This document shows, piece after piece, positions 51,331-62,560 of a stretch of 64,000 nucleotides of DNA. Numbering within the stretch: position 1 is the stretch's first letter; each line of letters starts with the position of its first letter. The DNA is from Halarcobacter sp. Its GTDB lineage: Bacteria > Campylobacterota > Campylobacteria > Campylobacterales > Arcobacteraceae. Position numbers and translations under genes: made by a program. The stretch is from assembly GCA_048571215.1 (NCBI GenBank), contig CP182352.1, forward strand, positions 3,200,001 to 3,264,000, in the 5' to 3' direction. The notes under the pieces are model-generated. The model was given only the letters and a program-made list of their open reading frames with translations. It was not told where the DNA came from and did not search any database.

Positions 51331-52143
51331 ATGGACAAAATACAACTTTTTGAATCGAAACAGATAAGAAGTCATTGGGATGAAAATAGTGAATTGTGGT
51401 ATTTTAGTATTGTAGATGTAGTGACAATATTAACTCAAAGTGCTAGTCCTAGAAAATATTGGAATAAACTAAAACAGAGATTAAAAGAGGAAGGAAATGA
51501 AACGGTGACAAATTGTCACCAGTTGAAAATGAAAGCATCTGATGGTAAGATGAGACTTACTGATGTAGCTACTACAGAACAACTTTTAAGGCTTATCCAG
51601 TCTATTCCCTCACCTCAAGCTGAACCTTTTAAAATGTGGCTAGCAAAGGTTGGCTATGAGAGAATAGAAGCTATACAAGATCCTGAAAAGTCTATTGATA
51701 CTGCTTTGAGAGATTATATGAAACTTGGATACTCTGAAAAGTGGATAAACCAAAGACTTAAAAGTATTGAAGTAAGAAAAGAGCTAACTGATGAATGGAA
51801 ACAAAGAGGAGTAGAAGAGGGTAAGGAGTTTGCTCTTCTTACTGATATTATTTCAAAAGCTTGGAGTGGGAATACTACAAAAGAGTATAAAAAACTCAAA
51901 AATCTCAAAAAAGAGAATCTAAGAGACAATATGACAAATCTTGAGCTAGTTCTTAATATGCTTGCAGAAGCAACCACAACAGAAATCTCAAAAGAAAAAA
52001 AGCCAGATGGACTAGATGAAAGTAAAAAAATAGCTAAAGAGGGTGGAACAATAGCAGGAGATACGAGAAAAGCGATAGAAGAAAAAACAGGTAAAAGAGT
52101 TGTAACAAATCAAAATGCAAAAGACTTATTAGAAAACAAATGA
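51331..52143 (+). CDS. Bro-N domain (phage antirepressor-like) DNA-binding protein inserted in the cas operon
   Basis: LFESKQIRSHWD...WYFSIVDVV...YWNKLKQRL...LIQSIPSPQAEPFKMWLA, with C-terminal LRDNMTNLELVLNMLAE. Confidence 0.8.
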   Translation: MDKIQLFESKQIRSHWDENSELWYFSIVDVVTILTQSASPRKYWNKLKQRLKEEGNETVTNCHQLKMKASDGKMRLTDVATTEQLLRLIQSIPSPQAEPFKMWLAKVGYERIEAIQDPEKSIDTALRDYMKLGYSEKWINQRLKSIEVRKELTDEWKQRGVEEGKEFALLTDIISKAWSGNTTKEYKKLKNLKKENLRDNMTNLELVLNMLAEATTTEISKEKKPDGLDESKKIAKEGGTIAGDTRKAIEEKTGKRVVTNQNAKDLLENK

Positions 52144-52634
52144 AAATAAACGGCACTTTAATCTCATACTTTTTTATATGTAAAACAAAACTCTGGCTTC
52201 ACGCCAATCGCATAAACTTAGAAGACAATAGCGAAGATGTACGAATTGGTAAAATTTTACATGAGATAAATGAATCAAAGTCAAAAAAAGCTGAGATAAG
52301 TATTGACAATATCAAGATAGATAAACTCACCCGTGATTATTTGGTAGAGATTAAAAAAAGTGATAGTGATATAGAATCTGTACGATGGCAGGTTTTACTT
52401 TATCTTTATAAACTAAAACAAAAGGGTGTTGAAAGAAAAGGGAAAATAGAGTTTATTGAAAAAAATAAACAAGATAAAAAGATACATTATATTGACTTAG
52501 ATGAGGTAAATGAAAAAGAGCTTTTAAAAATATGTGATGAGATAGAAACTCTTATAAATGCACCAGTACCACCAACAGCAAAATTTGAAAACAAGTGTAA
52601 AAAGTGTGCTTATTATGAGTATTGTTTTATATAA
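52140..52634 (+). CDS. cas4: Cas4
   Basis: YFFICKTKLW, G..LHE, KID, VEIKKS, Q..LY, C-terminal CKKCAYYEYC. Confidence 0.95.
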   Translation: MKINGTLISYFFICKTKLWLHANRINLEDNSEDVRIGKILHEINESKSKKAEISIDNIKIDKLTRDYLVEIKKSDSDIESVRWQVLLYLYKLKQKGVERKGKIEFIEKNKQDKKIHYIDLDEVNEKELLKICDEIETLINAPVPPTAKFENKCKKCAYYEYCFI

Positions 52635-52642
52635 GGATTAAA

Positions 52643-53963
<1,321 letters not shown>

Positions 53964-54127
53964 TTTTTCCAAGCTACTTAAAAACAATATCATCTAAAAA
54001 CAGCTATAATAAGGCACTTTTAAAAAGTTCTTTCACAACTTATTGTTTTAAAATAATCGTTTGAAAAAACTTCTTTAAAGAACCAATTAAAGGGAAAGTG
54101 TATTTTAGAAATGCCTAAATCATCTTC
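53964..54127 (+). promoter_or_regulatory. CRISPR leader
   Basis: AT-rich non-coding segment between cas2 and the first repeat. Degenerate repeats lie at the opposite end of the array. Confidence 0.75.
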
Positions 54128-57100
54128 CTTGAACCAAGACATATAATGTATTGAAATGTTTTTACTTTATAAACTGGTATGGGACGAGACTACTTGAACC
54201 AAGACATATAATGTATTGAAATTTATAAATACTATCAATTAAAGCTTTTGGAAGTTGCTTGAACCAAGACATATAATGTATTGAAATTAGTTTTGTTTAA
54301 GTGGAATTAAATCGCCTTGATTGCCTTGAACCAAGACATATAATGTATTGAAATGCACTACCTCAAGAGTATTAAAATTTGTCAATGTCTTGAACCAAGA
54401 CATATAATGTATTGAAATATATTTAAAAAAAGGTAGCAAGGTTTTACTTGAGGGTCTTGAACCAAGACATATAATGTATTGAAATCGTTATCAGGTCGTT
54501 AACTTTAGTAGCTTCGGTTACCTTGAACCAAGACATATAATGTATTGAAATTCTTTAAAGTATTGCATCTGAGTTTCAGTTAGTCTAACTTGAACCAAGA
54601 CATATAATGTATTGAAATGAATTTGAATATATTAAAATAGAAGATAAAAGTAGCTTGAACCAAGACATATAATGTATTGAAATTCACTTTACCAAACAAT
54701 ACTAGCAGGTACTGGAAAAACTTGAACCAAGACATATAATGTATTGAAATTTCGTAATTTTAGATGTACCAGCGATATAGGGAGTCTTGAACCAAGACAT
54801 ATAATGTATTGAAATTAGTTAAACTTCTTTATTTATAGATGTTTTTGAACTCTTGAACCAAGACATATAATGTATTGAAATAACCCATAGTGAGTATGAG
54901 AACCTTGAAAAGTATTTCTTGAACCAAGACATATAATGTATTGAAATAATTTACCAATAGCTATTAATCTTAATCTATTGGACTTGAACCAAGACATATA
55001 ATGTATTGAAATCCAGCTCAATTAGTTAGACCTTCAATAACTGTTTCTTGAACCAAGACATATAATGTATTGAAATAGGACTATCTAGTTCTATGATTTA
55101 TGGAGCAGGAAGTCTTGAACCAAGACATATAATGTATTGAAATTAAATTGGTTTAGGCTCGTTGAAACAAAATATTTCAAACTTGAACCAAGACATATAA
55201 TGTATTGAAATTTAGCAGTAACAGATGTACAAGGTACAAAATTATCTTGAACCAAGACATATAATGTATTGAAATACATCTACATTTTATTTGACTGGGT
55301 ATGTAGTATCTTGAACCAAGACATATAATGTATTGAAATTTATATAGAACATCATTAAGTTATCCAAACGGTAACTTGAACCAAGACATATAATGTATTG
55401 AAATCATCAACCACCCCCAAATCTTTGGAGTGCAACTACTTGAACCAAGACATATAATGTATTGAAATTACTTAATAAAATATCATTCTCATTTGCTGAT
55501 GTCTTGAACCAAGACATATAATGTATTGAAATTTGTATGCAGCCATTTTGCTATTTAATTGTTGTTCCTTGAACCAAGACATATAATGTATTGAAATATT
55601 GACTTTTCATCTATTTGTTTTCTTAGTATTTCCTTGAACCAAGACATATAATGTATTGAAATAAATTAGAAATTGTCCCTACTTTATTATTCCCCTCACT
55701 TGAACCAAGACATATAATGTATTGAAATCCCTTAGTACTAAACTTAGTACTATTACACCAAACACTTGAACCAAGACATATAATGTATTGAAATTAATAA
55801 GAACCTTTCTTAAATTAAAAATTAATTAACTTGAACCAAGACATATAATGTATTGAAATATTAATAAATATTCTAAGCTGCTAAATCAAGAGTGTCTTGA
55901 ACCAAGACATATAATGTATTGAAATTTGATGAAAAACTAACAAAGGAAACTATATGAGAGCCTTGAACCAAGACATATAATGTATTGAAATTTGTTTGGT
56001 TGGATTTGGAGTAGAGAAAACAAAATACTTGAACCAAGACATATAATGTATTGAAATCGTAGAAAAATGGTAGAACAATGGAATAAAAGTGGACTTGAAC
56101 CAAGACATATAATGTATTGAAATCCAAAGTTTTCAGTTTCCCAAGCGACTATTGGTGTACTTGAACCAAGACATATAATGTATTGAAATAAAGCTACAAA
56201 TGTTGCTTATAAAGTATTTAATTTCTTGAACCAAGACATATAATGTATTGAAATTTTGAAGTTATTTTCAAATCATCAGGTCTAACCTTCTTGAACCAAG
56301 ACATATAATGTATTGAAATGCATCAAAAGTAATCACAACTTCGTCGCTATCAACCTTGAACCAAGACATATAATGTATTGAAATCTATTTTGATATTCAT
56401 CATCAGGATTTAATAAATCCTTGAACCAAGACATATAATGTATTGAAATAGGTATTGCAAATGGCGATTACTACATAATTCCTTACTTGAACCAAGACAT
56501 ATAATGTATTGAAATCAAGCTACAATATTTGTACAGTTTGCAGAAAAAGCCTTGAACCAAGACATATAATGTATTGAAATATGTATGCAAATCCAAACGG
56601 AGTATATTTCCCATTACCTTGAACCAAGACATATAATGTATTGAAATTGCACTTGATGCACTAAAATCATAGTCAGGCGAAACTTGAACCAAGACATATA
56701 ATGTATTGAAATACTGGAACAACGCTATCTCTTGGAAATAAAACAGGCCTTGAACCAAGACATATAATGTATTGAAATACTAAAGTAATAACACTAAAAC
56801 CATCATCATAAAGAGCTTGAACCAAGACATATAATGTATTGAAATCATGAAATTGCATTGACTGGGGGATATTTAATTTACCACTTGAACCAAGACATAT
56901 AATGTATTGAAATCCGCTTATAGAAATTACAAACATAGTTTTATTTGTACTTGAACCAAGACATATAATGTATTGAAATATCTCTACCCCATCTTAGAAG
57001 ATGAGATATCTTCCCCTTGAACCAAGACATATAATGTATTGAAATTCTGGTTTAAGCGTTAAGTAGCCGTTAGCATTGACTTGAACCAAGACATATAATG

Positions 57101-58085
57101 TATTGAAATTACATAGTTAAACCAATTGAAAGAGTTTGAATAACTTGAACCAAGACATATAATGTATTGAAATCGAAAATCCAGTTACTCTTTTATATTT
57201 ACTATATTCTTGAACCAAGACATATAATGTATTGAAATCAGAATGGAATATCTGGATATTTCACATTAATGAATACCTTGAACCAAGACATATAATGTAT
57301 TGAAATTAACTAAGTTAACGGCTGTCATAACTAGCACGAACTTGAACCAAGACATATAATGTATTGAAATCTCAATAGATTGATAATCATCCCCATGCAC
57401 AATAACCTTGAACCAAGACATATAATGTATTGAAATGAAACAGAGGAATCAGAACCATAACACTCAGGACTACTTGAACCAAGACATATAATGTATTGAA
57501 ATAAATGTATGAGGGGTTTCAAGGTTTAAAAAGATTCTTGAACCAAGACATATAATGTATTGAAATCACAGTTGCCATAATGTTCTTCAATTTCTAAATC
57601 ACTTGAACCAAAACATATGATGTATTGAAATAGAACTTTCTATTTTTTTGTTATCACAACCTGCACTTGAACCAAAACATATGATATATTGAAATTTAAC
57701 CGTACATTTTTGACTAATTTTCCAACCTTCTTGAATCAAGACATATGATGTATTGAAATATAATGCCTCTAAAAACACTAACAATACCAGTTTTCTTGAA
57801 CCAAGACATATGATGTATTGAAATATCATTGCACCTTTTAATAAGTTGTTTGTTGTCATTCTTGAACCAAGACATATGATGTATTGAAATAAGCTCACTC
57901 ATGCTGAATGGGCTAAAAAAAAGGTACTTGAACCAAGACGTATAATGTATTGAAATTTCTTTTTTATTTCTTAGTATAGCTACCATGCTTTCTTGAACCA
58001 AAACATATGATGTATTGAAATTTTGTATCTACATTGATATAATCAGGTTTTTCATACTTGAACCAAGACATATGATGTATTAAAT
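54128..58085 (+). CRISPR. CRISPR array, 30-bp repeat CTTGAACCAAGACATATAATGTATTGAAAT, about 61 repeats and 60 spacers of about 34-38 bp
   Basis: Manual count. The 3' ATTGAAAT end resembles the type I-B handle. The last 8 repeats are variant. Confidence 0.98.
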
Positions 58086-58245
58086 AATAGTATATGCTTT
58101 TTTTTAAGATTTTATTGTTAATGATATATTTAGAAATATATCATCTCAAGCCTTATCTATTGGTGTATTCATTTTTTATTTTAATAAATCTTTTGGACCT
58201 TAAAATTATTAAAAATTTCTAATATTTTATTTTTTGTATTTAATT

Positions 58246-58274
58246 TTGTCATTTAAATTATCTTGTGTTATAAT
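58246..58274 (+). promoter_or_regulatory. Near-consensus sigma70 promoter downstream of the CRISPR trailer
   Basis: TTGTCA (58246-58251), 17 bp, TATAAT (58269-58274) with extended TG. No + strand CDS follows. Confidence 0.65.
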
Positions 58275-58281
58275 TTTTTTT

Positions 58282-58369
58282 AAAAGCATCTGAATGTGAT
58301 TTTTCACCATGCGTCCCGTTCAAGCTAGCTTGAAGTGAGGGAGTAGACGACCTCTCCAGATGCTTCTTT
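58282..58369 (+). ncRNA. Candidate structured small RNA of unknown family
   Basis: GC-rich island in very AT-rich DNA. Closing stem AAGCATCTG/CAGATGCTT, hairpin GTGA-TTTT-TCAC, perfect palindrome TTCAAGCTAGCTTGAA, CGTC/GACG pairing, then T-rich sequence. Confidence 0.6.
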
Positions 58370-58411
58370 ACAAATCTTTTTAATTCATTTCATTTTGTAT
58401 TTATTAAAAGT

Positions 58412-58440
58412 TTTGAACCAAAATATATGTATAAAAAAAG
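58412..58440 (+). repeat. Orphan degenerate CRISPR repeat
   Basis: TTGAACCAAAATATATG matches the trailer repeat variant TTGAACCAAAACATATG at 16/17. The 3' part is decayed. Confidence 0.65.
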
Positions 58441-58464
58441 ATTTTTAATTTTTTAATATAAAAT

Positions 58465-58800
58465 CTATCCCAGTAAATCTTTCAATGACAAAAATTTTAG
58501 ATTTATCCCACTATATCTCATGATTTTTGCTGTTTCTTTCCATTGTTTTTTTTCATAGCAAGGGGTGGGGCATTTTCTACATTTTGGTTTTATTTCGTGG
58601 GAACACTCTTGGAGACGTTGAAAGGAATAGTTTATTTTTTCTAAACACTCTTTACATAGCTTCAAGTTTAAAGATATGTTTGTATCTTTGTATATCAAAG
58701 TAAGTTTCGTATTTATTTGATTTGTATGTTTTCTATCACAATAAAACTCAAAAAACTTTTTTAAGGTAGTTATTTCTTCATTGAACTTTTTTATTTCCAT
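58465..58800 (-). CDS. YgbA-like (nitrous oxide-stimulated promoter family) Cys-rich protein
   Basis: FYCDRKH, RLQEC, KPKCRKCPTPCY, IMRYSG. Confidence 0.85.
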   Translation of the reverse strand: MEIKKFNEEITTLKKFFEFYCDRKHTNQINTKLTLIYKDTNISLNLKLCKECLEKINYSFQRLQECSHEIKPKCRKCPTPCYEKKQWKETAKIMRYSGINLKFLSLKDLLG

Positions 58801-59043
58801 AACAAAAGTTTATTATAATCTATTTATAAATTCCTTGATATAAATCAAAGTAAATAGTTCCTATCCTAGAATTAAGTCTATTTAATATAAAATTTAAAGT
58901 TGTAGTAAAGTTCTTCAATTCTCTAATATTATGAATATCTGAAGACTTTTTAGGAGATGGATAACAAGAAAAAAGTAAAGAATTTAGTTTTATTAAAGAT
59001 AGATATATATTCTTATACTTAGTATATAAAAGAGTCAAGTTTT

Positions 59044-61356
59044 ATGATTGAAAAATACGATAACATTAAAAATCAAATATATTCTCATCCTAAACTGGGA
59101 CGGCGTATTGCAATTATTATCTTTGGGATACTTGCTTTTGTTAGTTATACAGTTCTTGTCTCTCTTAATCTAAATTATGCAAGAGAGCGAGAGTTGCAAA
59201 CAGGTTATGCGCAACAATCAAGCTTATCGAAGATTCTTGTTAGTCATGCAGAAGCAACATTAAAAAAAATTGATACAGCTTTATTATCAGTACAATTACA
59301 ATTATCCAATAAGTCAGAAGAATCTAGACCAAAACCTTCTGTTATAAATAATATATTAGCTTCTCATCTTGCGTTGATTGGGGAATCCCAAAGTTTACGT
59401 GTATCAAATGCATATGGACATTTTATTTATGATGCCAGTGGTATTTTACATTCTGCAACCATCAGTGATCGAGACTATTTTTTACGTAATCGTGATAATC
59501 CCTATGGTGGATTAGTGATATCAAAACCATTATATGCTCGTATTACCCATAATTGGGTAGTAACACTAAGTCGTGCAATAGTAAATGAAAAAGGACAGTT
59601 TGCTGGATTGATTCAGGCTGCTGTACGTGCTGAATATTTTCAAAGTATTTATGCTTCTTTAGATTTAAGTAAGCATCATAATATTACTTTATTTAATGAT
59701 AAACTTCAAATTATAGCTACTAGTTCACCTCAAATGCAAAGTCAATTAGGGAAAACTATAGATAGTAGTATTTTGCGTGATTTTGTAAAAAGTAAAGATT
59801 TAGAGAAAAGTTATACTTCTAACTTAGAAGAAGATGGTACAGAACGCTATTATATCGCTCGAAAGGTGGGGCAATATCCCCTTTATATCATTGTATCTCA
59901 TACTGTAAAAGATCAATTATTTGAATGGAATAGACAACTTATATGGAGTATTGTAGGTATATTTGTTTTGGCTTTTGTATTGATTGGCTGGATAGTTGTT
60001 TGGTTAAGAAGTTATGATTCTGCTTTAGCCCTTGCTAATCGTATGACCTCTGCTTATGAAAAAACATTACAAGAGATACAGTATTTAGCAGAACATGACT
60101 TTTTAACTGATTTGCCAAATCGTACTTTTTTGGAAGAGTATATGAATTCATTAACAAAAAATCAAGAAGAGAAGATTAAGATTGCCCTTCTTTTTCTTGA
60201 TTTAGATCATTTCAAAGATGTTAATGATACCCTTGGGCATACAGTGGGAGATAAGCTTTTAATTCAAGTAGCAAAACGTTTAATAAAAATTCTTGATAAT
60301 AAAAGTATTATATGTCGTCAAGGGGGTGATGAATTTGTTATTTTGTTAAAAGAGTATCCAAATTCTTTTTCCCTATCTGATACTGCTCAACGTTTAATTA
60401 AAGCTATTGAAAAACCTTTTTTGGTAGATGCACATGAATTTGTTATTTCAGCAAGTATTGGTATAAGTATATATCCCCAACATGGTACTGATGTTATAAC
60501 TTTACTTAAAAATGCTGATACAGCAATGTATCAATCCAAAGCAGATGGAGGGGGTAAATATCATTTCTTTAATGAAGAGATGAATATTAAAGTTCTTAAT
60601 CGTGTTGATATGATCTCTAACTTAAGACAAGCTATTATTAATAATGAATTTGTACTGCATTATCAACCTCAGGTTGATGGATTTAGTGGGCGGATAATTG
60701 GTGTTGAGGCATTGATTCGTTGGAACCATCCTAAGGAAGGAGAAATTTCCCCAGTTCAATTTATCCCAGCAGCTGAAGAGAGTGGTTTGATTAATCCTAT
60801 TGGAGACTGGGTTCTAAAAGAAGCTTGTAAGCAAGCAAAAATATGGAAAGATAAAGGATTGCCTAGTTTAACTATGGCAGTTAATGTATCAGCAGTACAA
60901 TTACGTCAAGCAGATTTTATCGATAAAGTTATGAGTATAGTAAAAAACTCTGGATTATCAGCAGATTGTATAGAGTTGGAAATCACTGAAAGTGCACTAA
61001 TAAGAGATACCCAACGTATAGTTAAAATACTTGAAAAACTAAGAGAAGAGGGTATAAGACTCTCTGTTGATGATTTTGGAACAGGTTATTCAAGTTTAGG
61101 GTATTTGAAGCATTTACCATTTAATAAGATAAAGATAGATCAATCTTTTGTTCGAGGAGTTCCTCAAAATGAAGATGATGTTTCAATAACTCAAGCTATT
61201 ATAGGACTTGCAAAGAGTTTAAAGATGGAACTAATCGCTGAGGGAGTAGAAACCCAAGAGCAATGTAAGTTTCTACTAAATCAAGATTGCCAAGAGATGC
61301 AGGGATATTATTTTGGCAAGCCAATGCCTGCAAGCAAAATAGAAGAGTTGTTATAA
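59044..61356 (+). CDS. Membrane-anchored Cache/PDC sensor GGDEF-EAL diguanylate cyclase/phosphodiesterase
   Basis: Two TM segments flanking a periplasmic region with DRDYF and ISKP. HDFLTDLPNR, DLDHFK, GGDEF, VEALIRW, ELEITES, DDFGTGYSS, KIDQSF, EGVE, QGYYF. Confidence 0.95.
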   Translation: MIEKYDNIKNQIYSHPKLGRRIAIIIFGILAFVSYTVLVSLNLNYARERELQTGYAQQSSLSKILVSHAEATLKKIDTALLSVQLQLSNKSEESRPKPSVINNILASHLALIGESQSLRVSNAYGHFIYDASGILHSATISDRDYFLRNRDNPYGGLVISKPLYARITHNWVVTLSRAIVNEKGQFAGLIQAAVRAEYFQSIYASLDLSKHHNITLFNDKLQIIATSSPQMQSQLGKTIDSSILRDFVKSKDLEKSYTSNLEEDGTERYYIARKVGQYPLYIIVSHTVKDQLFEWNRQLIWSIVGIFVLAFVLIGWIVVWLRSYDSALALANRMTSAYEKTLQEIQYLAEHDFLTDLPNRTFLEEYMNSLTKNQEEKIKIALLFLDLDHFKDVNDTLGHTVGDKLLIQVAKRLIKILDNKSIICRQGGDEFVILLKEYPNSFSLSDTAQRLIKAIEKPFLVDAHEFVISASIGISIYPQHGTDVITLLKNADTAMYQSKADGGGKYHFFNEEMNIKVLNRVDMISNLRQAIINNEFVLHYQPQVDGFSGRIIGVEALIRWNHPKEGEISPVQFIPAAEESGLINPIGDWVLKEACKQAKIWKDKGLPSLTMAVNVSAVQLRQADFIDKVMSIVKNSGLSADCIELEITESALIRDTQRIVKILEKLREEGIRLSVDDFGTGYSSLGYLKHLPFNKIKIDQSFVRGVPQNEDDVSITQAIIGLAKSLKMELIAEGVETQEQCKFLLNQDCQEMQGYYFGKPMPASKIEELL

Positions 61357-61421
61357 AGAAATTAATGACTATATAAAATTAAACCCTACTGCTGGGACAT
61401 TTTTAGATAAATTGATGTTCT

Positions 61422-62534
61422 TTACGCAGGAAGTAAACTTATGTAAGTTATCTCACTACTTGCACCCAATCTCATAGGTGGTCCCCAAAATCCTGTGCCT
61501 TTATTTACATAGATTTGAGTATCTTCATTGTGTTGATGTAGACCTTTTATATAGGGTTGTTGAAGTCTTACAAGTAAATTGAAAGGGGCTATTTGTCCTC
61601 CATGGGTATGTCCACTTAAGATTAAGTCAACTTTTTTATCAATCTCATTTATAAATCTTGGTTGATGGGCTAAAAGAATTATTGGGTTATTTTGTGTATT
61701 TTTTAAGGCTTTATTCAAATCAGGTTTATAAGCCTCCATTCTATATCCCATCACATCATAAACACCTGCTAAAAAGAACCCTTCATTTTTTTCTCCAATA
61801 TAGATATTTTCATTCTCTAAGGTTTTGATATTTAGTGTATTTACATATTTTATTATAGATTCTACTCCATGAAAATATTCATGGTTCCCAACTATAAAAT
61901 AGCTTCCATAAGTAGATTTTAGATTTTTTAATTTATTTAAAGCATCTTTCGCATATTTTATATTTGTATCAACTAAATCTCCTGTGATAACAATAAGATC
62001 AGGATTTAGCTCATTTACTCTTTGTACTAGATTTTTTATAAACTTTTGGTCTATCAGTCCACCAATATGTACATCACTTAATTGGACTATAGAGTAAGGT
62101 TTTTTTAGTTTTTTGATTTTTACTTTTATTTTTTCTAGCTCCACATGTTTTGCATTGTACATAGCCTTTGCATTAACAGATGTGGCAACTAATACGGAAC
62201 CAATATCAAAACTTTTTTTAAAGAAATCTCTTCTCTGTGAATTTATGGTAGTTTTTTCTAATATTCTTGAGGCAAGTTCATAAATAATAGTTGCTACAAA
62301 CAGCAGAAAAATTATACCAATAGGAATAGAGAGCAAAAAATATGCCCAGTTTGGCATTATTGGATTATATCTTGCGTACATATATCCAACAATACCTAGA
62401 AGATTTACTACTAAAAATATATTGATATATAGTTTGATTTTATTAGAAAAGTGTAATTTTCTAACAAATCGTCTACTAATTAGTAAGGTAAGAAGTGTCA
62501 TAACACTTAAAAATATAATTACAAAAAATTTCAT
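61422..62534 (-). CDS. Membrane-anchored metallophosphoesterase (YkuE-like)
   Basis: SDVH, TGDLVD, GNHE, LAHQP, SGHTHGGQ, GFWGPPMRLG. N-terminal TM helices. Confidence 0.93.
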   Translation of the reverse strand: MKFFVIIFLSVMTLLTLLISRRFVRKLHFSNKIKLYINIFLVVNLLGIVGYMYARYNPIMPNWAYFLLSIPIGIIFLLFVATIIYELASRILEKTTINSQRRDFFKKSFDIGSVLVATSVNAKAMYNAKHVELEKIKVKIKKLKKPYSIVQLSDVHIGGLIDQKFIKNLVQRVNELNPDLIVITGDLVDTNIKYAKDALNKLKNLKSTYGSYFIVGNHEYFHGVESIIKYVNTLNIKTLENENIYIGEKNEGFFLAGVYDVMGYRMEAYKPDLNKALKNTQNNPIILLAHQPRFINEIDKKVDLILSGHTHGGQIAPFNLLVRLQQPYIKGLHQHNEDTQIYVNKGTGFWGPPMRLGASSEITYISLLPA

Positions 62535-62560
62535 AAGTGATTATATAGTAAGAGTTTTAA

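Noticed and set aside
35508..51977. Short ORFs antisense to or overlapping the ligase, transglutaminase and cas genes
   Set aside because: Fully nested in well-supported genes and lacking motifs.
54833..58001. Minus-strand ORFs containing FQYIICLGS, FNTLYVLVQ or ISIHYMSWFK
   Set aside because: Translations of the CRISPR repeat.
54128..58085. Self-targeting spacers against genes in this window
   Set aside because: None found by eye. An exhaustive alignment was not possible.
58215..58250. Match between the putative 36-nt guide (58376-58411) and the sRNA's own promoter
   Set aside because: About 21/36 identity in low-complexity AT-rich sequence, with seed mismatches and no convincing PAM.
58282..58369. 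Structured element as a tRNA, SRP RNA or 6S RNA
   Set aside because: No cloverleaf with T-loop and CCA, no SRP GGAA/AGCAG motif, and too short for 6S.
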